This document shows positions 31,797 to 42,868 of a stretch of 64,000 nucleotides of DNA, one piece after another (positions within the stretch are counted from its first letter, which is position 1; every line of letters starts with the position of its first letter). This DNA comes from an uncultured Planctomycetota bacterium. GTDB taxonomy: Bacteria > Planctomycetota > Planctomycetia > Isosphaerales > Isosphaeraceae. Under the pieces are notes generated by a model. It saw only the letters and a program-made list of their open reading frames with translations. It was not told the origin of the DNA and did no database searches. The position numbers and the translations under genes are program-made. The DNA is taken from assembly GCA_963823665.1 (NCBI GenBank), contig CAWGMQ010000007.1, positions 512,001 through 576,000 on the forward strand. The letters run 5' to 3'.

Positions 31797-33059
31797 TCAA
31801 ACCGTCGTCACTTTCACCGACTCCCGAACAAACGCCGGGTCAACCACAATCCCAAACCCCGGCCCCGATGGCACCTTGACCACCCCATTCTCACACTTGA
31901 GCGACGATGTCTCACTGCTCACGGGAATCTCGGCATTCCCCTTGAATTCCGTGAACGGCACCGGATTCGGAATACACGACGCAAAGATCGCCGCATCCAG
32001 ATACCCCAGCCCAGAGCCCGACATATGCGGCGTGCACAATAGCCCCGCCGCGTGCGCCATGCGAGCCACCCGCATCGAGCGGATGAAGCCGCCGTAGTAG
32101 TGGAGGTCGGGCTGCACGATGTCGACGCCGCGGTTGGCGATTGTCCAGCGGAAGCGGTACTCGCTGAACTCCTGCTCGCCGGCGGCCACGGGGATCTTCA
32201 AGGCGTCGGCGACCGCCTTGGTGTCTTCGAGATGGTCGAACTGGCACGGCTCTTCGTAAAAGCTGTAATCATATTCTTCCATCAGCCGACCTATTTCGAT
32301 CGCCTTCGGCACGTCGTAGGAGCTATTCGAATCGGCATAGAGCGTCAGGGTCTTGCCGAATGTCTCACGCACGAGCGGAATCAGCTTCTCGGTGCGGCCT
32401 GGCAGCGAGTCGGCATTGTCATTTCTCATCCGCCCTCCCAGGCGGAACTTGAGCGCCTTCGCGCCACTCTCGGCGACCAGTTTCTTGAGGTCCTCGATCT
32501 CGGCTTCAGGGGTGTTTCCGCGGGTGCCGCTGGCCGTGTAGACCGCGATCTCGCGCTGTCTCACGCCACCCAGAAGATCGCCGATCGACTTGCCCGCCAG
32601 CTTGCCAAGCAGGTCGAGCAGGGCGAATTCGGCGCCCGCGACGCACACCCACAAGGCCAGTCCCTGGTACTTGTAGTTGTCGGCATGCCGGTAAAGTTCC
32701 CAGAGCAGGTCTTCAAGCTCGCGCGCATCCTTGCCCACAAAGAACGGGGCGACCCGGTTGACGAAGATCGGATACGTATGCACGTAGTGCATCGCGTTCG
32801 GCACGCCAATCCCCTCGGCGCCATCGTCCGTTCGCACCCGAACGAGGAAGTTCTTCCGGTTCCGCAACAGCTCCATCGACGCGATCTTCACCGGCTTGGG
32901 CCAGAGCGCGGTGTTCAAAATCGGGGCGGCCGCGGCCTGGTCGATCTTCTCATAGGTTGCACGCAGGTCATCACCGGCTGCGCGAGCCGGCGGCGCCGCG
33001 GCGAGCAAGCTTCCGGTTCCCAGTGCTGCGCCCAGAAACGATCGTCGAGTGCGTGGCAT
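31797..33059 (-). CDS. mandelate racemase/muconate lactonizing enzyme family, Tat signal
   Basis: TRRSFL, ALKFRLG, YADSNS, FYEEP, AAGEQ, VQPD, TPH. Confidence 0.9.
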   Translation of the reverse strand: MPRTRRSFLGAALGTGSLLAAAPPARAAGDDLRATYEKIDQAAAAPILNTALWPKPVKIASMELLRNRKNFLVRVRTDDGAEGIGVPNAMHYVHTYPIFVNRVAPFFVGKDARELEDLLWELYRHADNYKYQGLALWVCVAGAEFALLDLLGKLAGKSIGDLLGGVRQREIAVYTASGTRGNTPEAEIEDLKKLVAESGAKALKFRLGGRMRNDNADSLPGRTEKLIPLVRETFGKTLTLYADSNSSYDVPKAIEIGRLMEEYDYSFYEEPCQFDHLEDTKAVADALKIPVAAGEQEFSEYRFRWTIANRGVDIVQPDLHYYGGFIRSMRVARMAHAAGLLCTPHMSGSGLGYLDAAIFASCIPNPVPFTEFKGNAEIPVSSETSSLKCENGVVKVPSGPGFGIVVDPAFVRESVKVTTV

Positions 33060-33174
33060 GTTGTAACCTCCGCGATGAGCGTGCGGGCGTCGACATGGCT
33101 CCATCTGCGATGAAACGGGACGCTGTTCGCTCAACATACCACGCGGTCGGGGCGCACGACAGATCGTCGAATGC

Positions 33175-33196
33175 GTCAGGCTAAAGCCCGACCTAC
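33175..33196 (-). repeat. GTAG-type REP-like palindrome overlapping the ABC ATPase stop
   Basis: Reverse complement is gtaggtcgggctttagcctgac, similar to 468-487. Confidence 0.55.
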
Positions 33197-33993
33197 TCCG
33201 AAACAATCCTTCCGTCTTCCATCTGGATCACCCGATCGGCCACGTCCGCGATGCGGACGTCGTGGGTCACCATCAGGATCGTGCAGCCTTCCTCGCGGGC
33301 TAGACGCAGCAGGATCTCGACCACCTCGCGCCCGGTCTGGCTGTCGAGTGCCGACGTCGGCTCGTCAGCGAGGATGAGGTCGGGACGGGCCGCCAGCGCC
33401 CGGGCGATCGAAACCCGCTGCTTCTGGCCGCCGGATAGATGCGCGGGATAGGCGTCGACATAGCGGCCCAGGCCAACGGAATCGAGGATCTCGGCGGCGC
33501 GATCCTCCATCATCCCGCGAGGCAGCTCAGGATGTAGCTGCAGGGCCATCTGCACGTTCTGGCGGGCGGTCAAGAAGTCGAGCAGGTTGTGCAACTGGAA
33601 GATGAAGCCGATGGATCGGCGAACCATCACCAGATCGGAGGTCGCACACGCGTGCAGCTCGCGGCCGAGCACCGTCAGCTCGCCCGTCTCGACGCTGCGC
33701 AGTCCGCCGATCAAGGTGAGCAGCGTCGTCTTGCCGCAGCCGGACGGGCCGGTCAAGAGCACGACTTCGCCGCGGTGAATGTCGAGATCGAGGCCAAACA
33801 GCACCTGGTGCGGGCGGCCTCCCTCGTCGTACGAGTAGTCGAGCCCGCGCATGCGAATAGCGGGCTCGTTTTCATCGTGATCTATCATGTGTCCGCCGTG
33901 CACCGCGTGAGGATGCCCTGCTCGTGTGGCCGGCGCGTCCCGCCGCCGGTAACCCGCTCGCTTGGTCTCGATCGAAGTCGTTGCATCGGTCAT
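33193..33993 (-). CDS. devA: DevA-family ABC transporter ATP-binding protein
   Basis: GPSGCGKTT, LSGGQKQR, LADEPT. Confidence 0.88.
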   Translation of the reverse strand: MTDATTSIETKRAGYRRRDAPATRAGHPHAVHGGHMIDHDENEPAIRMRGLDYSYDEGGRPHQVLFGLDLDIHRGEVVLLTGPSGCGKTTLLTLIGGLRSVETGELTVLGRELHACATSDLVMVRRSIGFIFQLHNLLDFLTARQNVQMALQLHPELPRGMMEDRAAEILDSVGLGRYVDAYPAHLSGGQKQRVSIARALAARPDLILADEPTSALDSQTGREVVEILLRLAREEGCTILMVTHDVRIADVADRVIQMEDGRIVSE

Positions 33994-34007
33994 TTTTGGG
34001 CCCCCAG

Positions 34008-35174
34008 TCAAAACACCGCGGCGGGATCGGCCTGGCTCAGCTTGCGCATGGCAAGCAAGCCGGAGAAACCGCACATCACGATCGTCAGGGCAAAGATCAA
34101 GAGCCCGCGATCCAGCGTCATGCTCATCGGCAAGTTGGTGACCTTCACCGCGAACGCGTAAAGGCACCACGCCAGCGCCGCGCCGGGCACATAGCCCAGA
34201 AGCGACAGTATCAGCGACTCTTCCATCACGACGCGTCGCAGGTAGCCGTCGGAATAGCCGATTGCCTTGAGCGTCGCGTATTGAGGGAGATGATTGTTGA
34301 CGTCGGTGAAGAGCACCTGGTAAACGATCGCGAAGCCCACCAGAAAGCCCACGGCGGCTCCAAGGGTGAAGATGAAATTGATCGGGCGGGATTTCAGCAG
34401 GAACTCGGTCTCGCGATCCATCATCTCCTTGACCGTGAGCACCATCAGGTCGACGCCGAAGACCTTGGCAAGCTCCGCCTGCACCTGCCGAAGCGGAGCG
34501 CCTTTGCGCAAGCGAACAACTCCCAGATCAACCGATCCGGGCGGCCGAGCCGGGAACAGCCGCAAGAAATTCACGTCGCTCGTGACCATGTTTCCATCGA
34601 CGGCGAAGTTCGCCCCGATCTTCGTCGTGCCGACGACCTTCACGCGGCGCAGGCCGTTGATCTCGGCCTCGATCGATTCGCCGGCGGCCACTCTGGCCGC
34701 GACCTGGCCGAACTCCTTGCGCGACATGGCGTCGAAGAGGCAAGTATCCGTTTCGTGCAAGATACTGGCTGCTTCCATGACGCCTGGCGCACGGATCGCG
34801 GGCGAATAGGGAACGACTCCGTACACGAAAAGGGGCTGTTTGTCGCGTGTCCACGGGTCTCGCCACTTGGCCGTTCCCATGTACAGAGGCGTGACTTCCT
34901 CGACATCGGGGTGCCCCTTGGCGCGGGTCAAGAGCCGGCGCGCGAAGGGTTGAGGGCTGGTGATCTGATGGGTGTGCGGGTTCATGATCACCAGGTCGCC
35001 GCGAAGCTGGCGGTGGATCGTCGTGGCGCTCGCCAGTGCGGCGCCCAGGAAACCGAGTTGCATCCACATGAGAAGATCCGCGAACACGATGCCGACGACG
35101 GCGGCCACCAGCTTGGTGCGTCCGTGCGTGAGCTGAAGCCAGGCGATCGGAAGGCGCCGGAACGGACTTCTCAT
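34008..35174 (-). CDS. devC: DevC-family ABC transporter permease
   Basis: IAWLQL, MQLGF, VYQVLFTDV..HLPQYATLKAIGY, ADPAAVF. Confidence 0.9.
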   Translation of the reverse strand: MRSPFRRLPIAWLQLTHGRTKLVAAVVGIVFADLLMWMQLGFLGAALASATTIHRQLRGDLVIMNPHTHQITSPQPFARRLLTRAKGHPDVEEVTPLYMGTAKWRDPWTRDKQPLFVYGVVPYSPAIRAPGVMEAASILHETDTCLFDAMSRKEFGQVAARVAAGESIEAEINGLRRVKVVGTTKIGANFAVDGNMVTSDVNFLRLFPARPPGSVDLGVVRLRKGAPLRQVQAELAKVFGVDLMVLTVKEMMDRETEFLLKSRPINFIFTLGAAVGFLVGFAIVYQVLFTDVNNHLPQYATLKAIGYSDGYLRRVVMEESLILSLLGYVPGAALAWCLYAFAVKVTNLPMSMTLDRGLLIFALTIVMCGFSGLLAMRKLSQADPAAVF

Positions 35175-36295
35175 TTTCCGTTTTCTCCCGTGTCGATGGT
35201 TACCTCGGCCCGGGCGTTCGAGATGGCCGCGACTCTGCGGCTGTCATCCGGGCTCAATTCAATCCGCACTTCGACAACGCGGGCATCGATGTCGGCGACA
35301 GGGTCGTTGCTGAAGACGACCTTGCGGCTGACGACCAGATCCTTGCGGACGACTTTGCCGGTCAGGTCAGCGGCGAGCGTCGGGATTCGCACTTTCGCGT
35401 TCTGGCCGATCGAGACCTTGCCGACATCCTGCTCATAAACTTCGGCGACCGCGTGCATGACCTGCGTGTCGCCGATCTCGACGATTCCCTGGTCGGCCAC
35501 GCGTTCGCCGGGCCAGACGTGGATGCGCAGGACTTGACCTTTGATCGGCGAGCGAACCTCGGTGGCGTCGAGATCGGCGCGGGCCAGCTCCAGCCCAGCC
35601 TGGGCCTGCACCAGCTCGGCCTCGGCGACCTTGACATCGGCGGGGCGAATCGCCTTGAGAGCAGCGAGGTCGGCCTTGGCCTGGTCGAGTGACTCGCGGG
35701 CAGTTTCATATTTGAGTGTCTCGTCGTCAAAATCCTGCGCGAGCCCGCGGCGCGCTTGAGCAGGATCCCCGCTCGCCCCAGGTCGCGCTCGGCGCCGCGC
35801 ACCTCGGCTTCCCATTTCTTGATGAGGGCTTCCTTCGCCTCGACTTCCTCGCGCTTCGGCCCAGCCAGCACCTGTGCCAGCTTCGCCCGCGCCACCCCGA
35901 CCTCGGCCTGTGCCTTCTGGACCGACGCTTCGCGGCGGCGATAAGGATCGAGAACGGCGATCACCTGTCCCGACCTCGACCCAGTCGCCCACGCTGACGA
36001 GCAGTTGATCGACTCGCCCGCCTTCCGACCCGCTGACCGGCGCGATCTTGATCACCTCGCCGTGCGGCGCCAGCCGGCCGAGCGCACTCACGCCGATCGC
36101 AATCGGCCGTGGCTCGACGTGCTCTTCAGTAGGCTTGAGCAGCGGAGCGACACGAGTCGCACCCCAGGCCCCTCCGGCTGCGAGCAACGGAAGCAACACC
36201 CAGGGCCCGAAGCGACGTAACGCGTTTTTCCGATTCCGCGGCCGCGTGGAGGCACGCACCTCCTGCGCCGATCTGACCGCTTCTGCAGTTGCCAT
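35171..36295 (-). CDS. devB: DevB/HlyD-family membrane fusion protein (two compensating frameshifts ~35970 and ~35745)
   Basis: VSALGRLAPHGEVI, VRSPIKG, AEVYEQD, DARVVEVRI. Confidence 0.85.
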   Translation of the reverse strand: MATAEAVRSAQEVRASTRPRNRKNALRRFGPWVLLPLLAAGGAWGATRVAPLLKPTEEHVEPRPIAIGVSALGRLAPHGEVIKIAPVSGSEGGRVDQLLVSVGDWVEVGTGDRRSRSLSPPRSVGPEGTGRGRGGAGEAGTGAGWAEARGSRGEGSPHQEMGSRGARRRARPGASGDPAQARRGLAQDFDDETLKYETARESLDQAKADLAALKAIRPADVKVAEAELVQAQAGLELARADLDATEVRSPIKGQVLRIHVWPGERVADQGIVEIGDTQVMHAVAEVYEQDVGKVSIGQNAKVRIPTLAADLTGKVVRKDLVVSRKVVFSNDPVADIDARVVEVRIELSPDDSRRVAAISNARAEVTIDTGENGK

Positions 36296-36408
36296 CGATC
36301 GCAAACCTCCGAAGGTAGGGTCCGCTGTTGCGGACCGTCTGACGAGCGAGGGAACGGTCCGCAATGGCGGACCCTGTAAAGCCTCACCGTTTTAATCGGA
36401 TTTCGAGT

Positions 36409-37026
36409 TTACGTAATCGGATTTGTTTCTTCTTCCGCGAGCTTCAAAAGCTCTGCGACGATCGCGTGCCGCACCGGGTCGTCGTCTGCCAGCACGCCCA
36501 GGTGCCGCCAGAGCATGAGCCCGAACACGGCAGGCCAGAGCGCGACCTGGCGAAGGCCGTTGGGGCCTTCTTCGAGCAGCCGCTCGCGCACGCCCTTCAA
36601 TCGCTCGCGGATGGGGTCGAGCAGCCGCGGGTTGGTCGCCGATGCGGCCAGCATCGCGATCAAGAATCGCGGCATTTCCGGAAGTCCAGGGCAGGCCCCC
36701 TCGGTTCCGTGAATCGTCTGGATCAAAGCACGGAACCACCGGCCGTTTGGATTCGGGTCCGAAGCCATCCGCGACTCGATGGTCTTCTGACACAGACCCG
36801 CATGGTGCTGAAGCATGGCGGCAATCAACTCGTCCTTGGACGCGAAGTGATAGAGCAGCCCGCCCTTGCTGACGCCCGCCTCCTTGGCCACCGCTTCCAG
36901 CGTCATGCCCGAGATCCCCTCGCGCAGCGCCACCTGCACCGCCGCAACCATGAGCCTCTCCCGGCTCGATAGCGGAGCGTCACCGGCGAGACCCGCATCA
37001 GGCGCCGAAAGCACCGTCCGAGACAT
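36409..37026 (-). CDS. TetR/AcrR family regulator
   Basis: TLEAVAKEAGVSKGGLLYHFASKDELI. Confidence 0.93.
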   Translation of the reverse strand: MSRTVLSAPDAGLAGDAPLSSRERLMVAAVQVALREGISGMTLEAVAKEAGVSKGGLLYHFASKDELIAAMLQHHAGLCQKTIESRMASDPNPNGRWFRALIQTIHGTEGACPGLPEMPRFLIAMLAASATNPRLLDPIRERLKGVRERLLEEGPNGLRQVALWPAVFGLMLWRHLGVLADDDPVRHAIVAELLKLAEEETNPIT

Positions 37027-37064
37027 GTCTCTCTTCCTCGAGCACCGACCAGCCATTGCACTAT

Positions 37065-37114
37065 ACCGTCCAGCCGGTACAGCAACTATACCGGCTGGAC
37101 GGTTGGTTTGTCAA
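37065..37114 (-). promoter_or_regulatory. promoter TTGACA-N18-TATAGT with tandem TetR-type operators
   Basis: Perfect 15-bp inverted repeat 37065-37079 and 37089-37103; tgtcaa at 37109-37114, actata at 37085-37090. Confidence 0.8.
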
Positions 37115-37276
37115 GATCGCCTCTGTTCGTGGACGCAAGAATCGGATGCGGAAAGCCTAAGACGAGTCTTGAAAACGATTTAGAGAACGACGATAGCAAC
37201 GCTCTCAGGGTAGTGGAGTGACGGCGCCAAGCTGCGTGCGCGAGCGAAGTCCGCATCGGTCACCACCTGTACGAGC

Positions 37277-38893
37277 TCAACCAAGCTGAATATCCAGCCG
37301 ATTGACCGAGGCCGGCGGCAGCACACAACGAATCTCTTCGCCGCCTGCTCGCGGGTCGTGCACGGCCGGGCGGGGCAATACGGTGTCCGGCTGCAAAAAC
37401 GTGTTGTGGCCGTTTAATTGCTCGTGGGATAGCACCGTCTGCTTCGCGCCGGCCGCGCGCCCGCCTTTGAGCCGCACCACCAACTCCGCCGGCTCGGTCG
37501 CATGTGTGTGCACCAGCGTGACCGTCGCCGAGCCCGCGCCGCTTACCGACGCTGACCCGGCTACCCGAAAGAGTTGCTGCTCGCCGACGCCCGCGTGAAA
37601 CGCGATATCCGGCGCTTCCACCACCAACCGCACGGCCTTGGCCCCATGATGCGGCCGGTACATCGTGTAAACATGATAGGTAGGCGTCGCCACGAAGTTG
37701 TCGCCATCGGCCAGGAACAGCGAGTGAAGGTTGTTGACGAGCTGTGCCACGTTGGCCATGTCGACCTTTTCCGCGTGCCGGTTGAACGTGTCGAGCGAGA
37801 GCGCCGCCACCAGGCCGTCGCGCAGCGTCCCCATCTGCTCGAAGAGATGGCGCTTGTTGATCTCGGTTCCCTCGGGATGCCAGCTTCCCCATTCGTCGAT
37901 GATCAGCTTGATTCCGTGCTTTGTGTCAAATTCACCCAGTGCGGCCCACTGGTCCTTGATGAGCGTCTCCATCCGGTTGGCCTTGTGGAGCTGCTCGTAC
38001 CACTGATCCTGATTGAATTGAAGCGCGTGCCCGGTCGTTCCGCAATAGTAGTGCGGCGCCCAGCCTTGAATCGGCGCGTGCTGGCCGTCGTTCCATTTCG
38101 CGAAAAAGCGCCGTGTCCAGCCGACGTCGTTGCCGTTGGGGCCCGCGGCGATCAGGTAGAGCGGCACGCCGTATTTCGGCAGCCATTCGGTGAACTTTCG
38201 GTACTCGCGGCAGTAATCTTCGGGGATGAAGTTGCCGCCGCAGCCCCAGCTCTCGTTGCCGACTCCCCAGTACCGCACGCGGAACGGCTCGGTCGCGCCG
38301 TTGCCAGCACGCCCGTCGGCGATGGAAGTCGAGCCCGCCGGTGCGTTGCAGTATTCGATCCACTGCTGAAATTCCTCCGGCGAGCCGGTTCCAACATTGG
38401 CGGCGAAATAGGGCTCGACCTCGCAGAGACGACAGAAGCGGATGAATTCGTGCGTGCCGAAGTGGTTCGATTCGGTTTCCTCGCGCCATCGGCCGAAGCG
38501 CCGCGGGCGCGACGCTCGCGGACCGATGCCGTCGCGCCAGTGATACTTGTCCGCGAAACAGCCCCCCGGCCAGCGCACGACAACATTCCCGAGCTGCTTG
38601 ACGTGATCGATCAGCTTCTGGCGGATGCCATCGGTGTTCGCGATCTTCGAGTCCGGTCCGACCCAGATTCCGTCATAGATCACGCCGCCGATGTGCTCGG
38701 CAAACTGGCTGTAAATCGCCGGCTTGATCGTGCCGATCGGCTCATTGAGGAGGATCGTGCACGAGAGCTGCTCGGCCGAGCCGGCTCGTCCGCGGACTGC
38801 CCGAGAAGCCCCCGTGGCACCAGCGACCGCCGCGGCGCCGGTAAAGGCCAGCCGCTGTAGCGCTTTCCGCCTGCCGATCGAATCGCCTTGCAT
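37277..38893 (-). CDS. alpha-L-arabinofuranosidase (GH51), Tat signal
   Basis: FAEH, RWPGGCFAD, GVGNESWGCGG, IDEWG, MANVAQLVN. Confidence 0.92.
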   Translation of the reverse strand: MQGDSIGRRKALQRLAFTGAAAVAGATGASRAVRGRAGSAEQLSCTILLNEPIGTIKPAIYSQFAEHIGGVIYDGIWVGPDSKIANTDGIRQKLIDHVKQLGNVVVRWPGGCFADKYHWRDGIGPRASRPRRFGRWREETESNHFGTHEFIRFCRLCEVEPYFAANVGTGSPEEFQQWIEYCNAPAGSTSIADGRAGNGATEPFRVRYWGVGNESWGCGGNFIPEDYCREYRKFTEWLPKYGVPLYLIAAGPNGNDVGWTRRFFAKWNDGQHAPIQGWAPHYYCGTTGHALQFNQDQWYEQLHKANRMETLIKDQWAALGEFDTKHGIKLIIDEWGSWHPEGTEINKRHLFEQMGTLRDGLVAALSLDTFNRHAEKVDMANVAQLVNNLHSLFLADGDNFVATPTYHVYTMYRPHHGAKAVRLVVEAPDIAFHAGVGEQQLFRVAGSASVSGAGSATVTLVHTHATEPAELVVRLKGGRAAGAKQTVLSHEQLNGHNTFLQPDTVLPRPAVHDPRAGGEEIRCVLPPASVNRLDIQLG

Positions 38894-39007
38894 GTCGCTC
38901 TCCCTTCCAGATTGTCGCCGGGCAGCATGGTTTCGATCCACCTACCCAAGGCAGTATCATCTCTTCCTGGTCTTCTTGCAAACACCTGGCACGCGGGGGT
39001 CTTGCTG

Positions 39008-42000
39008 ATGTCGAAGGTCTGTTCCAGCAGTCGGCGATCGCGGCGCGAATTCCTCTCACTCGCCATATCGGCCGTCGCGATTTCCATTTCGTCTACCTTT
39101 GCCGCAGCGCCAGACTCCGAGCACCCGAACAAACCAGTCGTCGCCGACGTGGTGCTGCGCAACGGGACCTTGATCGACGGTACCGGCGCACCGGCCCGGC
39201 GGGGCGACCTCGCTTTCCTCGGCGAGCGGATTCTCGCCGCCGATTCGTTTGAGATCGGTCCCAACTCGAAGGTCATCGACGTCACCTCGCTCGTCGTCGC
39301 GCCCGGATTCATCGACCTCCATACGCATTCCGATCCGGGGATCACCGAGCCGGCGAAACGGCTGAACCGGAATTACATCACTCAGGGGGTCACCACCATC
39401 GTGACCGGCAATTGCGGGCTTGGCGTGGTCGACGCAGGCAAGTTCTTCACCGCGATTGATGCGCACAGGGCCGGCACCAACGTGATTCACCTGGTTCCTC
39501 TCGGAGCGCTGCGCTCGAGCGTCATGGGCAACGCCGATCGGCTGCCGAGCCGCGACGAGCTGGCGCGAATGAAGCAGTTGATCAACCGTGCAATGGAAAG
39601 CGGCGCGTGGGGGATCTCCAGCGGGTTGATTTACGTGCCCGGCCGATACGCGAAGACTCCAGAGCTGATCGAGCTCGCCAAGGAGGCCGCCCGGCATGGC
39701 GGAATCTACGCTTCGCACATCCGCAGTGAAGGGGCACATCTGGCCGAATCGATTGACGAGGCGATCGCGATTGGCAAGGCAGCAGGAATTCCGGTGCACA
39801 TCTCGCACTTGAAGGCCAGCGGAAAATCGTACTGGGGAACGGTCGGCCAGGCGATCAGTCGCATCGCCGCCGCCCGCTCATCTGGTGCGCGCGTGACGGC
39901 CGATCAATACCCCTACGTCGCTTCAGCCACGAGCCTGGCCGCGATGGCTGTGCCCGACTGGGCGCTTCAGGGAACAACGGCCGATTTCGTGCGGATCGCC
40001 GCGGACGGCGACCGCGGCCGCCGGCTCCGCGCGGGGATCGAGCAAAACCTCCTCGAACGCGACGGCGGCAGCTCGATCCGGATTGCGCTATCCCCCGCGG
40101 CCCGACTGGGCCGGGCTCGATCTCGCCTCGATCGCCAGTCGCGAAGGGGTGACGCCGGCTGATGTCGTACTGGAAATCCAGCGCAAGGGCGGCGCATCGG
40201 CGATCAGCTTCGGGATGAGCGAGGACGACGTACGAGAGGTGATGCGGCAACCGTTCGTCGCCACGGCGTCCGACGGCTCGACGCACATCGCACGATCCGG
40301 CGAGGTCACTCACCCGCGGGCGTATGGCACCTTTCCGCGCAAGATCCGCTACGCGCTCGACGAGAAGCTTATCACGCTCGAAGAGGCAATCCGATCGTGC
40401 ACCGGCCTGCCCGCGGAGATCCTCGGGCTGCCCGATCGAGGCGTCCTCCGCGCCGATGCGGCTGCCGACGTCGTCGTGTTTGATCCCGCAACGTTTCGCG
40501 ATGCGGCAACTTTCGATCGGCCGACCCAATTTGCTCCTGGACTGAAGCATCTCTTCGTCAACGGCAAACCACTGATCGCAGGCGGAGATCTTCTCGTGGA
40601 TTCGAAGACAAAAGCCAAGCTTCCCGGCCGCACACTGCGCCTCAAGCGAGATGGCCACGCCTCGTTGATTATCCGGGTGAAACGCATCTGGACAGGTGAC
40701 CGGGCCAACCCGCACGCAGAGGCAATCGCCGTGCGCGACGGCGCGATTGCGGCCGTGGGCACAAAGGCCGATGTCGATCGCTTCCGCGGTCCGCGCACCC
40801 GCGTGATCGATCGGCCGGAGCTTTTTGCGCTGCCGGGCTTGATCGATGCGCACGGCCACATGGAGTCGCTCGGAGCCACGCGGGAACAGCTCGATCTGCG
40901 GGGTGTCGCATCACTCGCGGAGGCCGAGCGCAAGGTGAAGGAGCGGGCTCAAGCCATGCCGGCGGGCTCGTGGCTCACCGGGCGAAACTGGGACCAGAGC
41001 CTCTGGCCGGGCGGAAAGTTTCCAACGGCGGAGCTACTCGACCGCGCCGCGCCCGGACGCGCGGTGTGGCTGAGGCGCGTCGACGGCCACGCCGGCTGGG
41101 CCAGCACCGAAGCGATGAAGCTAGCCAAGATCACGAAAGACACCCAGGCGCCGCCGAGCGGCCAGATCATCCGCGACTCCGCGGGCAACCCGACGGGCGT
41201 GTTCATCGACGGTGCCATGGGTCTGGTCGCCAGCGCTGTTCCGTCCTCGGGCAAGGATGCGATCAAACGCCACCTGCTGGCCGCACAGCAGGTGGTGCTT
41301 GAACACGGGTTGACCTCGGTGCACGACGCGGGCATTTCCGGGGCGGTCGCGGATGCCTATCGCGAGCTCGATCGCGAAGGAAAGCTAATTGTCCGGGTTT
41401 ACGGCATGGCCTCGTTGCCCGCCGGTGGCGAGCTCGCGTTTGCCGGCCGGCGGCCGCCGGCGTCGCTCGAGAACGCGAGGTTCGAGCTCCGGGCGATCAA
41501 GCTCTTCATCGACGGCGCCATGGGCTCGCGCGGCGCCCTCCTCTTCGAGCCTTACCACGATGATCCGCGCAATAGAGGCCTGCTCTTGATCGACCCCAAG
41601 CTGCTTGAGGCGATCGCCACACACGGCCTCCGCAACGGCTGGCAAATCTGCACGCACGCCATCGGCGACAAGGGCAATGCCCTGGTTCTGGACGCCTATG
41701 CGGCTGCGCGGAAAGCCGTGCCCGAGGCCCGCGACCCGCGGCTGCGGATCGAGCACGCCCAGGTGGTGCGAAAGCAGGATGTGGCCCGTTTCGCGGAACT
41801 GGGCGTGATCGCGTCGATGCAGCCATCGCATGCCAGTGACGATCTGCGCTGGGCCGATGCGCGGCTCGGGCCCGATCGAGTGGCCGGTGCCTACGCCTGG
41901 CGATGGTTTGTTCAGGCGGGCGTGAAACTGGCCCACGGCAGCGATTTCCCGGTCGAGATCGTCAACCCGTTCTGGGGAATCTACGCCGGAATCACCCGGC

Positions 42001-42269
42001 AGGAAGCAAATGGTAATCCGAAAGGCGGCTGGCATCCCGAGCAGAAGCTCACGCTCGAAGAAACGCTCCGCGGCTTCACGGCCGGTGCAGCGTACGCGGG
42101 TTTTGCCGAAGATCGGCTGGGTGTGCTCAAGCCGGGTTACCGTGCGGATTTGACGATCGTCGATCGCGATCTCTTCGAGGCCGACGCAGCGAGCGTGCTC
42201 GGAAGCAAAGTCATGATGACGGTCGTTGATGGAACAGTGGCATTCGAGCGGCCGGGAAACACACCCTGA
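39008..42269 (+). CDS. fused double amidohydrolase (N-acyl-D-amino acid deacylase plus YtcJ-like); frameshift near 40087
   Basis: PGFIDLHTH, GNCG, HPRAYGTF; second domain PGLIDAHGH, DGHAGW, HAIGD, RIEHAQ, GSDFP. Confidence 0.88.
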
Positions 42270-42296
42270 GGAGCTTCGCACATCGGTCGCGGTCGG

Positions 42297-42785
42297 TTAC
42301 CACAATTCGTCTCGCAGCTCGAGCTCGCCTTCCTCGCGCATGTGCTGGGCCTGCTCGGCAAGCTGATTGCGGATCCGATCGAGCTTCCCCGATAATACCC
42401 CCGGCGGAATCGCTTGCAGCACGGACAGCCCCTGCGTGGGCCGCGCGAGCTTCTGGATCAGCACCTGCGCCAGCTTGAGCTGCACGCGCGGCGAGGGCTC
42501 CGGAACGGCCTGCACATAGTCGAGCATCACGTGTGCGGCTTCGCCCCAGCAATCCTGATCAGTGAGGGCCTGGATGAGATCGATCCAGTCGGATTCCTGC
42601 GGTTGCCAGCCGCTCAAACGGCCGTGCGACTTCTTGTAAACGGCAAGCGCCGCCTCGACTTCGCCCAGCTCGAGATGCAGGCGCATCGTTCTGAGAGCCG
42701 CCGCGGGTTTGTCTTCGATCGAGGTCACAGGCCGCGGACCCGTTTTTCTCGCATTGTCCTTTTTGCGTGGCGGCTCGTCGGGCAT
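42297..42785 (-). CDS. hypothetical helical protein
   Basis: Coding-like ORF downstream of the CAAX gene. Confidence 0.55.
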   Translation of the reverse strand: MPDEPPRKKDNARKTGPRPVTSIEDKPAAALRTMRLHLELGEVEAALAVYKKSHGRLSGWQPQESDWIDLIQALTDQDCWGEAAHVMLDYVQAVPEPSPRVQLKLAQVLIQKLARPTQGLSVLQAIPPGVLSGKLDRIRNQLAEQAQHMREEGELELRDELW

Positions 42786-42868
42786 TCGCGTCTTCTCACT
42801 CGGCTGGTGGAAAAGCGGAGCGTCTTTGCCCGGAAGCAACCGCATCGAAGCAAAAGCTCCGAGAAGGC

